Positions 43,514-60,117 of a stretch of 64,000 bases of DNA are shown here, piece after piece; position 1 is the first letter of the stretch, and each line of letters starts with the position of its first letter. Source of the DNA: Octopus vulgaris (lineage: Eukaryota); the NCBI GenBank assembly GCA_951406725.2, contig OX597837.1, positions 496,001 to 560,000 of the forward strand, written 5' to 3'. The translations under genes and the position numbers were made by a program. A model generated the notes under the pieces. It did not search any database. It was given only the letters and a program-made list of their open reading frames with translations, and was not told the origin of the DNA.

Positions 43514-45520
43514 TTTTCCTATGAAAAAGAAAGAGCAGACAAAGAAGCCTGGGCTATAGAAAACATAAAATCTAACCCCAGAGCTTTCTACAGGTATGCC
43601 AAAGAAACAGCTACAGTGCACTGTAGAATAGGGCCACTCCTCGAAAAGGATGGCACACATACAGGAAAACCAATGAGGGTAAGTGAAATACTGAATGAGC
43701 AATTCAAGAGTGTTTTCACTCCACCCCTTGGGCATCTCCAAATCACCAATCCAACTGACTTTTTTACCACTGCAGATATAAAATCAGAGGCGGCGACGAT
43801 AGATTACATCGATATAAAGGAAGACGATGTAACCAAGGCTATAGATGAAATGAAAACAGACTCAGCTACTGGCCCCGATGGATTCCCGGCAATCCTCCTA
43901 AAAGCATGTAAGAGAGTCCTAGCAAGACCACTGCAGTTCCTCTTTCAGAGCTTCCTTGCAGCTGGCAAACTTCCAGGAAAACTGAAGGAAGGTAAAATAT
44001 GCCCCATTCATAAAGGAGGTAGCAGAGCGGAAGCCAAGAACTATAGACCTATCTCTCTGACCTCACACATCAGCAAGGTCATTGAACGAATAGTCAAAAG
44101 GAAGCTGATCACCTTCCTTGAATAGAATGACTTGCTGCCCGACACCCAACATGGTTTCCGACCAGGGAGAAGCTGTTTAACTCAGCTCCTACAACACTAT
44201 GACTGGGTGCTGAAACGGCTGCTCAACCACTCAAATGTGGAAGTGATATATCTCGACTTTGCAAAGGCCTTTGATAAAGTCGATCATGGAATGATATGTC
44301 ACAAACTGCGTGATCTCAACATAGTTGGAAAACTGGGAGAATGGCTTCATGACTTTCTGAAGGATAGAAGTCAGGTGGTAGTAGCCAATGGGGCCACCTC
44401 CATTAACACACAAATAGTGAGCGGTGTTCCGCAGGGCACTGTTCTGGGACCACTACTGTTCATAATGGCCCTCTCAGACATGCCCTCAGCCACGCAGAGA
44501 GCCACGATCACAAGTTATGCAGATGATACAAAAGTTTCACAGGCAATACAGAACCCTGAGGACACTAAACACCTGCAATGTGAGCTGGACGAAATATACA
44601 AGTGGGCTGAAAAGAATAGCATGCAGTTCAATGCTGGAAAGTTTCAAGCTTTATACTATCAGCATGCAAAACTGAATGCAATACCCAATGAATACACTGG
44701 ACCCGGAGGGATTGCAATCCCAGAGGCACAATCAGTGCGTGACCTGGGTATTCACATGAGTGATGACGCGACCTTTCATGTACATGTTGCTAAACTGACA
44801 ATGAAATGTAGACGGCTGGCTGGATGGATTCTTAGAACCTTTAGAACAAGAGAACAAGAAACCATGATGGTCCTCTGGAAGACACTTGTCCTAAGCCACT
44901 TTGACTATTGCTCTCAGCTATGGTCACCATCCAGTGTCAAGTTGATCACAGAACTTGAGGCGATCCAACGAAGCTACACAAAGAAGATAGCCTCTATGCA
45001 GAATGTAAGCTACTGGGAAAGACTCAAGAGATTAAAATTATATTTCCTGGAGCGTAGGCGGGAAAGATATGCCATAATATACATCTGGAAGATCCTGGAG
45101 GGAAGTGTCCTGAACTTTGGCATCGAGAGTTACGCAAATGCCAGAACTGGGCGCCACTGCGTGGTGCCTAGGACTCCAAACCTGCCATCAAGATGTAGGA
45201 CAAGATTCTGTGATAGCCTGGGCTTCCGAGGCCCACAGCTCTTCAATATCCTCCCGAAGAACCTGAGAGACCTGCATGGGGTGGATACAGATGTCTTTAA
45301 AATGAAGCTGGATCTCTTCCTGTCAGGTGTCCCAGATGAACCAACTTCACGGCAGGAGGGGCAGATGAGGGCAGCTGCATCGAACTCTCTCATGCACCAA
45401 ATAGCAGTTGCTAGAAAGCCTCCATGAAGTGAAACCAAGTAGCAACACCAAATGGCGGTGCCCCAGCATGGCCACAGCTCATAAGCTGAAACTAGAATCA
45501 ATCAATCAATCAATCAATCA
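43514..45520 (+). mobile_element. 5'-truncated CR1-group LINE (RT), one in-frame stop
   Basis: [57 protein letters not shown]; TAG at 44123; ORF ends at 45427; (ATCA)n tail. Confidence 0.92.
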
Positions 45521-48545
<3,025 letters not shown>

Positions 48546-49407
48546 GTTGGCAACTAATGACCAAATAAAAGTGGAGGGAGAGGAACATCGTACACCATTG
48601 TTAAATGATGTAATTTCGAAACCTTCACAGCTTGATGAAGGACCGCGTAATAAAGAATAAGCTTTCTAACAGTTTTATGTCTTTTCGAAGCATTGGCCAA
48701 AAGTGAATCGAATTTTGTAATTCACTTAAACGCACATATACGTACACTGGCATACATGCAGGCGTACGCTCACACACACACGCATATACACAGATGCACT
48801 CACGTATCTGATTATATGTATTCAAGCACATTCACGCATGCTAAGTCGTTTTCTTCCTTTTTCTAACATTTATACATCAAACTGGGAACGAATGCATTCG
48901 CACGTTCACCATATACAGCTTATTTATCTGTCTGTCTGTCTGCCTGACTACCTGATTGTCTGTCTGTTTGTCTTTCTATCTACATGTCTACCTGACTATC
49001 TATCTACCTGTTTATTTATCTGTCTATCTATCTATCTATCTATCTATCTATTTATCTGTCTGTCTGTCTATCCATCTTTTTACCTGTCTATCTACCCGAG
49101 TATGCGTATGTATAAGCACACGAACAAACATATATGACCACACACAAGCCCATGCAAAGACTGTATGTATATTTATATATATGTATGTATGTATGCATGC
49201 ATATATGTACGAATATATTTATATATGTACCTTTGTAAACACACACACACACACACACACATATATAAATATATATATATATATATATGTATGTATGCAT
49301 ATATGTAAGAATATATCTATATATGTATCTTTGTAAAAACACACACACATATATAAGTGTATGTATGTGCGTATGCACATATGTTCATATATATATATAT
49401 ATATATA

Positions 49408-49623
49408 GACCGGAGTAAACACATAAATGTGAAACAAGGTGGAAAAAAGAGTACTCAAATACCAGTGGTAGAGTAATATGCTTTATTTAAGCAGCAGAAA
49501 ATTCAACAAAATCTGTTATCTGAGTTTCTCGTTGCCGTTCATCAGACAGTTTTTTGTCTGATGAACGGCAACGAGAAACTCAGAGTAACAGATTTTGTTG
49601 AATTTTCTGCTGCTTAAAATAAA

Positions 49624-49629
<6 letters not shown>
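49408..49629. mobile_element. TA-flanked fold-back element with two divergent HHR motifs
   Basis: 49476-49548 is inverted at 49555-49629; + strand 49555-49590 reads tgt CTGATGA aCG gcaa CGa GAAA CTC a GAG TA aca; minus copy at 49513-49549. Confidence 0.8.
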
Positions 49630-49658
<29 letters not shown>

Positions 49659-50214
49659 TATATATTCATATATATGCATATATATGTATAAGTATATTTA
49701 TAAAGGGGTGTATCAATATATATATATATGTACATATATATATGTATATATATATATATGTATATATATACATATGTATATATATATATATGTGTACTTA
49801 TGTGTGTGTGTGTAATGTGTAAAAAATATTTATAAAAGTGCATATGTCTTGAAACTTTCTCAATTGATTTTAAAATGAAATAGAAACGAAATACCTGTAC
49901 AATTTTTAGAAAGTTATTATTTTTGGTTATAATTAAATTATTAGATGTCACGTGGCATTTTTATTCTCAGAAATGTGTGATTATATTTTTTATCTATGCA
50001 TCTACTCATATATCTGTTTCCATTCTGCTATCTTAGATACGAACCCTTTTTCGGTTCGTCTCCAAGTATCCTTAAGGTTTGACCTTATTTTAAATTAATT
50101 TTTTTTATTTTGTTCACTGTAATTGATTCTGTTCCTAATTGAATTGTGCAAGAGTCTGCCTATGCTAGTCTTTATTGTAGATTGCGAAAAAAACAAAACA
50201 AAAAAAAATACAGT

Positions 50215-50620
50215 GAACCTTTACCTGTGTGGTAAGAAGTTTGCTTCACAACCCCTTGATTGCGGGTTCAGTCTCACTGTGTTGTAAATTGGCCAAGTTT
50301 TTTCTACAATAGCCTTGGGCTGACCAAAGTCTTGTTGGTGGGATTTGGTCGACAGAAAATATTTGGAAGCTCTTCGCACGTATAACATATAACAAATATA
50401 TTAGGCGCAAAGATGGTTGTTTAGTAAGGAGCTTCTTTCTGTCCCATTGCATGCCACATTTGGCAAAATTTTCTACTATGGCCTCGGGGCATCCAAATCC
50501 TTGTGAACGGAATTGGTCGATGGAAAATGAAAGAAGCCCGTCGTATATATGTGTGTCTGTGTTTGTCATTCCATCATCACTTGACAATTGATGTTGCTGT
50601 GTTCACGCAGCAAATGATTG
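50215..50620 (+). mobile_element. Two tandem decayed SINE family A heads
   Basis: tgtgtggtaagaagtttgc...gggttcagtctcactg; ggcgcaaagatggttgtttagtaagg...ctactatggcctcggg. Confidence 0.65.
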
Positions 50621-50627
50621 AAGCAAG

Positions 50628-50667
<40 letters not shown>

Positions 50668-50668
<1 letters not shown>

Positions 50669-52620
50669 TAGCAAATACCCCGTCAGTGTAATTTATTATA
50701 ATGGTCTACTCCTGTGGACGGTTTAAGTTGAATGGTGAATTAACCCGCAGTTGGAAGTCGTCTCAAGCTGAGAAGCGTAAAATGTATAATTACCATTTTC
50801 GTTAGCAGTTTATGATATTGTATTAAGCAACTTTAGAAATGAATAATTTTTATTTTGAACACAGATTTGGCAGTTAGTAGTCAATGAAAATCCACGAAAA
50901 ATGTCGCAATTGCCGTAGACGTTGAAGCTTTTTGTATCGTGTATCGTGTGCTTATTTTTCAACCGCTTTGAAATTTTTCTTCAATGAAAGCCATGTGTGA
51001 TAAAGAAAAGCAAACATTTATAGCAAACACACAAATAAAATAAGGACATATACAAAAATAAATGTCAGAGCATGCTTATGAGCGAACAGCGTGCGTGAAG
51101 TAAGAAGGGTCATTGAAGGTAAATGTACGGTTAACAGTAATCAGGGAAATGAAGCAAAATATCAATGAAATGCTTGCAGGAAGTCTGATTGCTAAGGGCT
51201 ACAGTTTGGCGTAGATGTGAAGAATGCAATTGAGGAATAACTACGGTATGGCTACTTTGTTGACGACACTTTTAGTTTTTCCTTCAGGAGTATAGATGAA
51301 TAAGTTGTCTGGATGGTCAACTCTGGAACAACCGATGTAGAACTGCCCATGTTGAAAAGCACAACGTTCGAAGGTCCAATCCGAAAACTTTCAGTGACAG
51401 ACCTTGTGCTTTGTTAATTGTGATGGCGAAGCTGAGTTTGAGAGGAAACTGAAGTCTCTGCATAGGGTAGGAGCAGTCTGTTGGGGTTAGTGGAATTTTC
51501 GGAATGAAAACGGTCTCGTTTTTGCCGTGTCCTGTGATAATTTGGACCTCAATGACGTGGTCCATCATTTGTTTGACCACATGGCGAGTTCCATTGCACA
51601 GTGTGGGTGCGTTTAGATTGCGTAGGAGGATGTCACGGTAACCGACTTTTAAGTAAAGTTCACGGGGAGGGAGTCCTGGAGGATCGTGGGATTTGAGAAA
51701 GTATGTAACCTGATCGAGGTCGGTAACGATGTCAACTGATCTGTAACAATGTTCTTGAGAAGGTAGAATTCGTAGTTAAGAGTGTAGACAGCTGAATTTG
51801 TAGGTGCAAGAACAGACCTGCCGCGAAGCCAATTTGGTTTTATGTATTCCGTCGTAAGATTTGGGTAAACGGCAGACCATAAGTCATCAGGGCTGGAGAT
51901 CCGTTGTCTTCGAACGTAATTTGTCTAATGCCGATCTTAAGGAGCATTTCCGAAAACAGGGTTGTAGGAGTGATCTCATGTTGTTGGTGATTTGTTTCGA
52001 TTGGACATGCGACCAAAGGAAGGATTTTTAAGGTAGGAATTAAGGTCATCAGTGTGTGTTTCTTTGAGTATAATAGACAGTCTGTTGAAAATCTCCTGCA
52101 AGGAGTAGAGTCGCACCTCCAAAGATGTTGTTCGATCTAAGGTCTCTCATTATGGTATCAATTGCTTGTAAGAAACATCTGTTGATCGTGTAGATTTTAT
52201 TTGAAAAATGACTCTGTCCGATACTTTGGTATTGCACTTAAAACGCAAGGTATAGATTTCACACAATTACAGAATTCTATATTGATGTGTGCATGAAATG
52301 TTTTTTCAGAGCACCTTGTTGTGGGGTACGACCCACCGATTGTCAACCAAAAGAGTACCATTACACCGCTTCCTTGTTTTACTGAAATGTAACTTTCTAA
52401 AGAATATTCGTGTAACATCTTCACTCCTTCAAGTCGGAAGGCGAGTAAAACTCCAACTTCCTGTCCCTTTTCAACAAACCATCGTAGCATTTGAAAATCA
52501 TTCGTCTAGTTTTCACATGGAATGTTCTCTGTAATATTTTCTTATTCGGAGCACGATGTTGTTGGTTGTGTTTATGAGAAAATGCACGTATAAGAACATG
52601 CCATAGTGTTATCTAACAAG
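50668..52620 (-). mobile_element. Helitron, decayed RepHel with 3' terminus
   Basis: PIF1 motifs RLQFPLKLSFAITINKAQG, FGGATLLLAGDFQQ and LCNGTR; Rep motif FHAHINIEFC; minus-strand end gacggggtatttgCTAG|t at 50668. Confidence 0.85.
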
Positions 52621-52686
52621 AAGACGACTGTGTTGCCACAATGGATAATTTTGTGCCGTTACCAGTTCATAATAGTCTACAGATTT

Positions 52687-52902
52687 GGCGGTGAGCTGAC
52701 AGAATCATTAACACGCCGAGCAAAATGGTTCGCGGCGTTTTGTCCGTCTTCGTGTTCTGAATTCAAATTCCGCTGACATCGACTTTACCTTCCATCCTTT
52801 CGGGGTTGATAAAGTAAGGACTACTTGAGAACTAGGGTCGAAACAATCGACGTACATCCTTCCCCAAAATTGCTGGCCTTGTGTCGAAATTTGTGATCCA
52901 TA
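52687..52902 (+). mobile_element. tRNA-derived SINE family B
   Basis: ggcggtgagctgacagaatc head, B-box-like gaattcaaattcc, tail gctggccttgtg. Confidence 0.8.
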
Positions 52903-53189
52903 TTCTATAGATGTAACAGACATGTCAAATTTTAATGGAACTCCAGAAAAGGCTAAGGAAGCATCTATTTATAGCGACAGAGTTGACTACCATTCGCGAG
53001 CCGTGCACCCGTCGTTTCAACACATAACAGTCATAAAGTATGATATTTCTTGACCAGGAGACCCAAAATGGTGAATAAGCATAGGTGAAGGCATAACAGT
53101 CACCAACCTTACTTAAAAAGTTGTGAAAGTATTACGTACTATTATGGCGTTCAAATGACGTCAAACAAAGAAATAAACACACAAAAGCG

Positions 53190-53320
53190 CATACACACGC
53201 CCAAGGTTTTTCCTAGGTTATCGAAGAAGACACTTCCTCAAGGTACAATGCGGTTGAATCGAAGTCAGAATCATATGGCTACGAAACCAAATTATTAACA
53301 ACAAAGCGACGCCTGCGCAT
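53190..53320 (-). mobile_element. SINE family A head fragment, decayed
   Basis: gaagacacttcctcaaggt...acgcctgcgcat. Confidence 0.55.
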
Positions 53321-53547
53321 ATACTTGCATGTAATGTATGTCTGTATACATGCATACATACATGCATGCATACAAACATACTTACATACATACATACATA
53401 CATATGTATGCATGTATATATGTGTATATATATATACACTCACACACGTATGTATATATTCCATATATTTTCTGAGATTTTACAAAAACAACAAAAATAT
53501 TTTTTAATTTTAATATATGTATACACTCACACACGTATGTATATATT

Positions 53548-55492
53548 CCATCCGAGCTGAGCAGGGGGGTTGATCCACAGGAGAACTGCGGTCCATAGAC
53601 AGCTTTCAGCGCCTCGTAGAATTTCTTCACGAGGAAGCCATCGCACGACTCCCCCAGGTGCCGACAAACCACGAGTTGGCTGTTCCCCCTGCAGTCGAGG
53701 AAGTGAGCAGAGCCATCAAAAAAATGTCCACCGGCAAAGCTCCAGGCTCTGACGCCATCCCTGCAGAGGTGTTCAAGTCGGGCGGCCCCACCATGATCAG
53801 TCAGCTCACCAGCCTGTTCCAGTCGATGTGGGACAGGGAACAACTCCCTCAAGATTTCCGGGACGCAACAATCGTCCACATTTATAAGCGGAAAGGAGAT
53901 CCGCAGTCCTGCGACAACCACCGAGGTATCTCCCTCTTGTCCATAGCAGGCAAGATCCTGGCCCGGGTCCTGCTTGACCGCCTTCTGGAACACTTGGAGC
54001 AAGGCCTTCTCCCTGAGAGCCAGTGTGGCTTCCGCGCGGGTCGAGGGACCACTGACATGATATTCGCCGCCCGCCAGCTCCAGGAGAAATGCATGGAGCA
54101 GCACCTTGACCTCTGCATGACCTTTGTTGACCTCACCAAGGCCTTTGATACAGTCAGTCGGGAGGGACTCTGGAAGGTCATGGGAAAATTTGGTTGCCCC
54201 AGCAAATTTATTGCAATTGTCCGCCAGTTCCACGACGGAATGACAGCCAGAGTCCTTGAAGACGGCAACTCATCTGAAGCCTTCCAGGTGACCAACGGAG
54301 TCAGGCAGGGCTGTGTCCTGGCCCCAACACTGTTCAGCATCATGTTCTCGGCAATGCTGTCCGACGCCTTTAGGGACTGCAAGTCCAGTATCGACATCAA
54401 GTACAGGACAGACGGGAAACTTTTCAACTCCAGAAGATTGCAGGCTGTCACAAAGGTGAGGGAGACAGTCGTCAGAGACTTTCTCTTTGCTGACGACTGC
54501 GCCCTTAATGCAATCAATGAGCAGGAGATGCAGCTCGAGATGGACAGGTTCTCATCAGCCTGTGACAACTTCGGTCTCACCATCAGTGCCAAGAAAACCG
54601 AAGTGATGTTTCAGCCAGCCCCCGGCAAACAATACCATGAGCATCAGATAAGGGTGAACGGACGGATCCTACGAGTGGTGGAAAACTTCACCTACCTGGG
54701 CAGCACTCTCTCCTGCAATGCCAACATAGATGCTGAAACCATCAACAGAATCTCCAAGGCAAGCAGCGCGTTTGGGAGACTGCGCAAGAAAGTCTGGGAG
54801 CGGAGAGGAATCAGCCTCAACACCAAGCTGAAAGTCTACCGGGCAGTCGTGCTTACCACCCTACTATACGGCTGCGAGACGTGGACTGCTTACCGAAGGC
54901 ACGAGCGCCAGATAAACCACTTCCATCTCAGGTGTCTTCGGAACCTCCTTCACATCCGCTGGCAGGACAAAGTCCCAGACACGGAAGTTCTGAAGCAGGC
55001 AGATCTCCCTAGCACCATCACAATCATGCGCAAGGCCCAGCTGAGATGGGCGGGCCACGTCTCCCGCATGTCCGACACTCGCATCCCAAAACAGCTCTTC
55101 TACGGTGAACTCGGCCAGGGCAGGCGCAAAGTCGGAGGGCAGAAGAAGCGCTACAAGGTCTCAAGGTCTCTCTCAAAGACTTCTCCATCGGGACAGAGAC
55201 CTGGGAGACACTTGCTGCCAACCGCTCATCCTGGCGCAGCGCAATCACCGTGGGAGCAGGGACAGCCGAGGAGGGACGGATTCGGTCAGCGGAGCAGAAA
55301 CGTCAGATGCGTAAAGCCAGAGCCGCCTGCACCAGTAGCACGGCCCCTACCCACTTCTGCCCCACCTGTGGGAGGGGCTTCCTTGCCCGGATTGGCCTCA
55401 TCAGCCACCTCCGGTCTCATGGCGGCAGTTCCATCATATGATATCAGTTGGTCATCTTCGAACCGAAGGACGAACATTATTATTATTATTAT
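53548..55492 (+). mobile_element. 5'-truncated and 5'-inverted RTE-clade LINE, young and GC-rich
   Basis: KAPGSDAIP, DNHRGISLL, ESQCGFRAGRGT, FVDLTKAFD, GVRQGCVLAP, LFADD; C-terminal CPTCGRGFLARIGLISHLRSH after a frameshift near 55160; (ATT)n tail; 53548-~53628 is inverted. Confidence 0.93.
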
Positions 55493-55939
55493 TATGTATA
55501 TATATATTTTTTTTGTATGTATGTATACATATACACGGGAATAGTTTTTCCTTGTAATGTGTGCGATTGAATACACGGCCATTTTCACGTTCAATGTCCT
55601 CCAATTAAAGATTCTTCGTTTTTAATTATCAGCGTGTTTATGATTAGTTTGGATGTATAAAAGTTTCTTAATTCTATTCAGAAGATAAGACAGCAAAGGC
55701 ATTGAAAGATTAATTCATTGAAAGATTAATCTTAGCAATATTATTCCCCCAAAAAAGAAATAGAAAGAACCACCAAAGAAATCGGAAAAATCTTCAGTAA
55801 AAAGGATTAGAATCGCTGTCTGTCGAGTTTTCTATAGAACACACACACACACACACTTATGCACTTACAAATATACGCAGACATAGATTTGCCTGTGTGT
55901 GTGTGTGTGAATAAGTGTGCACTTGTTTTTGTGTATGTG

Positions 55940-56047
55940 TATCTCTGTATTTTCAAATAAGCTCATATGTATGATTCCCAACTACAAGGTTCCGAGTTCA
56001 ATCTCGGCCGACCAAAGCCTTGTAGTAGACGGAAACAAAGAAGCTCG

Positions 56048-56085
<38 letters not shown>

Positions 56086-56265
56086 TTGTTCTCTACCACT
56101 GCTTGGTAACAGGTGTTGGCTTGTATATGTCTCCGCAACCTAGCGGTTTGGCAAAGGACATCAATAGAATAAGTACGAGGTTTAAAGTAAATCATTGGAC
56201 TAAAATTCTTCACTGGAGTACCCCAGCATGCCCGCAGTCTAACTACTAAAACAAATAAAAGCATA
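55940..56265 (+). mobile_element. SINE family A, decayed
   Basis: ggttccgagttcaatctc, ccgaccaaagccttg, tail ccccagcatgcccgcagtc. Confidence 0.7.
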
Positions 56266-56699
56266 ACAGAACACAGGCATACACATACAGAGATATATAA
56301 TTGAAAAAAATGGAGTCAACAACAAGAAGTTTGGTTGGACATTTATGTTTCAACCCCTACAATTGTTTCCACGCAACGTATTTCTCCAGGCGTGCAGGTA
56401 CTTGATTATGCAACCCTTTCCCTGCATTATGAGATCTAGTTGTGTTCCTGGGGTGATATGTAAATATTGTCTTCCTAAGTTCAAATTCTCGGCTTCAAGA
56501 GCATTCACTCTGCCAACCGTACTCCTTCTTGCTGATTCCATTTTTTTTTCATTTTTCTATTCACACACCGACAGATGCCTAATCACAAACCTGGGAGTAC
56601 GTATAATACTGGATAGCGCAGGGTGTAATCTAAAGGTGGACAAGCTTTATACTGTACTCTACTACGTTCTTTACAGAATATACCATAACTATATATATA

Positions 56700-56907
56700 G
56701 AAAGTGACCGCGTGTGTACCGTTGACGATTTTTTTCCCTCCGTCTTCCCTTCTCTGGATCTTTCCTTTTCCTATGTTTCTGACGAAGAGCTCCGCTCGAA
56801 ACGTAAAACCCTCCTTTCTCCCTTCCTTCCTGAGTGTCCAATAATACTATATTTGTTCCACGTCCTCGAGTTGTGTTTTCTCTTGGTGTTTTCATGTTTG
56901 GATTAAC
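56700..56907 (+). mobile_element. PLE pLTR remnant with intact minimal HHR (56775-56809)
   Basis: gttt CTGACGA a GAGC tcc GCTC GAAA CGTA aaac; TA-flanked; homologous to 16975-17185. Confidence 0.8.
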
Positions 56908-57609
56908 TATATATATATATATACATACATACTGAGAGAGGGGGAGGGAAGCAATTATTCGGATAAGCAAATGAAATATATTATATAACATACAACATCT
57001 TGGGTATGAAATGCAAAATATGTTTATATATATACATGCACAACAAGAGAAAATAAAGAGTGAAAACTTTCGGACAATGAATATTTAATTAGAAATGTAT
57101 AAATATGTATATTAAAAGGTTTAATTTACACAGAGTACAAACGATACAGAAAATTGAAAAGGGTTTAAGAAAGGTGTTATAAGTCCAACAGTCATTTCTG
57201 GGGACTCGGAGATCCATCATAATGTCGGTAGATGGTGTCCATCATAATATGTAAGATGGCATATATATTTGCTTGTATAGTGTGATGAACTATATCCCTG
57301 CTCAACTCGATCACTCTCATAGCCATTCATTACCCCGTGGAATTGATCCCCTGTAAACACATCGGAGTCTAAGTTTCAAGTATTCGAGCGCTACATTTGG
57401 ATCCCATCTGTTGATCGCATAATAATAATGCTGAATCGCATAAATAGGACAGGGCACCCTTATATTGCAGAAAAATTTGTCATTAAGGCCGCTAAAAAAT
57501 TTTCTGCCATATAAGGATGTTCTTTGCCATTTATGCTATTCCGCATAATTATTATGCGATTGAAAATAAAATATTCCCGCAGATAATATATATATATACG
57601 TGTGTGTGT

Positions 57610-57890
57610 GTGTCTCCTTTTTTCCGTCCTTGTTTTCGTATACATTCGCTGCTTTCTTCCAAGGAATCTAATGCTGTTCGCTTAGTTTTTTACTTGGGGC
57701 TGGCCAGATTGGAGCAAACTCGAGTATAACCAGCCGAAATTGCAAAGATAATCTTCAACTCGACTGAGGAAATAAAACTCCGAATGATCCGTTCTTGTTT
57801 TCTTTGTATCGTCAGACTGGAAGTTTCGTTGTCCCATTTTTGTATCACCTCTCTGTCTTGGATGTTGTGCGTTCTTGTCTCATTTTTGTA
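57610..57890 (+). mobile_element. Non-coding interspersed repeat; same family as 3865-4035
   Basis: Shared blocks with 3865-4035; internal stem ggctgg/ccagcc followed by gaaa. Confidence 0.6.
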
Positions 57891-57936
57891 TTATATATAT
57901 ATTATATATGCATATGTGTGTATAGATATGCATATG

Positions 57937-57981
<45 letters not shown>

Positions 57982-58094
57982 TCTTTTATTAGCCACAAGG
58001 GTTCACATACAATAATATTGAATGACGTGACACAGACATAAAAGAAAACATAAAACGAAAGAAAAGATTTGAACAGATGGATAAAGGAAATAAG

Positions 58095-58260
58095 CATGAA
58101 ACCTAGTTGAGTACAGCCCCAGAAAAGTGCAATTAGGGACAGCTAGGATACTTAGAGTGTTCTTGGTATCTAAGGTTTCTTGCTGTCACCCGATGTTAGG
58201 ACTTTCTTTTCCAAAAATTTAACCTGTTCTGCGTATATTAAATAACAACAACAACAGCAT
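58095..58260 (+). mobile_element. R4-like extreme 3' fragment
   Basis: QKSA..GTARILR remnant, then a 3' UTR and an AAT/AAC tail. Confidence 0.45.
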
Positions 58261-58823
58261 TAATACTAACTGCAATAATATAGTTGTCTAGAAAGAGAAT
58301 GAGAATTGAACAGTCGATTGTATCAATTTGACAGATGATTCAAGTTGGATTTGAACGCAAAATGATAAGATCTGAAACCCACCACCTTTTCGAAAGCATG
58401 TGTGTGTGTGTGTGTATACACTCATACATATTTATATGTACACAAACTCAGGCACACACACACATATATGTGTGTGTGTGTGTGTGTGTGCGTGCGTGCG
58501 TGCGTGTGTATGTAGGAATGGGCGGGACTTAGCCCATTCCCCAAAGTCTAGTAAATGCGAAACGTAAACAGATTCAATATTTATTTAATGACTTTGATTT
58601 TTGCAGAAACGATTTGACTTTTGCATAGAAAAACAATAAAATAATTGATAATTTAGTTTAAATGAAACAAAACTTCTGTAAAACGAAAAACCATCGCCAT
58701 TACATCTATGTACATACACAGTCTCACACACACGTGTGTGTGTGTGTGTGTTGACCAATCACAGCCTGAATTATTTACACATCAGTAGACTCAGATACCA
58801 AATTATTAACCCAATATTGATTA

Positions 58824-58882
<59 letters not shown>

Positions 58883-59183
58883 GTTATTATTATTATTAGC
58901 ACCAATAAAATTAGAATATAAAAAGAACACTAAACTATAGAATTTTCGATGATGATATTGTGATTTATTTCGAGAATTAATCGGACCGTTTAAGTTGTTT
59001 ATGAAATCTGAAAATTAATAATTCCTTATCGGCAATTTACTATAATTCATTTATATATTCCCTATCATATATTCATCAATATCGATCGGATACTAATTTT
59101 TATTCAAATCGAACCAATGTTTCTTGACTCTTTTATGTTCGTATTTAACTATGTATGAGTACGCATATATATATATATATGCA

Positions 59184-59228
<45 letters not shown>

Positions 59229-59255
59229 CATACATTTATAATACATACATACATA

Positions 59256-59430
59256 CAGGGTGCGATGAATAAACTGTCGTCTAGATTACTCAAAAATGAA
59301 AATAACACTGACATCTCATTTTGACAGATATATTTACCAAAATCACATAAAAATATATTGAAATACTAACGAGTAAATTTATTTAATAAAATTGCCATTG
59401 GCTTCAACCATGGCCTCCAGACGAATTCGG
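59256..59430 (-). mobile_element. Tc1/mariner 3' end
   Basis: TA|CAGGGTG terminus; minus strand RIRLEAMVEANGNFIK* transposase C-terminus. Confidence 0.75.
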
Positions 59431-60048
59431 GATTGCTTCTTAAAATGTTAGACGATGTTTCTTTCCGCACGAGTTACATTTGATTGTGTTCTGAAGACAA
59501 CAACTCAATCGATTCTGATATTGATGCCAAGGTGACCATATTTGCCTTTATCTTTGATATAATTGGGCATGGAGAAGGGGTATATTGTATGTTGGGTTAT
59601 CTAATGGTTTTAAACAAATAGGCATACTCAGGCTGTGTGTAGGATAGGGGAATTACCACGATCACGAAGTCACGATCAGCTATGCGTCATGGAAAATCTT
59701 ACGTAAGTGTATGTTTGTACGTGTATGCATATATGTATGTGCTCAGCATGACATTAAAAATGCATCCGAAAGGGAGGGGGCTTTGTTTTTGGTGTTCCAA
59801 GTGTTTTGGAGGGTGTGAAACCACCTGTTATCTACTGTTGTTCCCTGGTCTACTTTAATCCGAAGTAATAGCAATTGTCAGGGTCCCACTTATGGATCAA
59901 CGAGTACGTCTCCCTACTCAGATAAGTGGGAGATGCAGAAACAGCCTAGCTTGGTGTCAGGGCGCGCAGTAAAAGAAGCGGGAGTGACGAATCACTAGCT
60001 GTCGTCACATATATTATATTTATATTATATATTATATATATAATTTGT

Positions 60049-60117
<69 letters not shown>

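Noticed and set aside
51317-52340. Host PIF1 helicase gene
   Set aside because: Frameshifted, intronless, linked to a Rep motif and a CTAG terminus, so a Helitron
57690-57790. Hammerhead in the 3865/57610 repeat family
   Set aside because: A stem plus GAAA and a separate CTGAGGA are present, but I could not assemble them into a valid three-stem core
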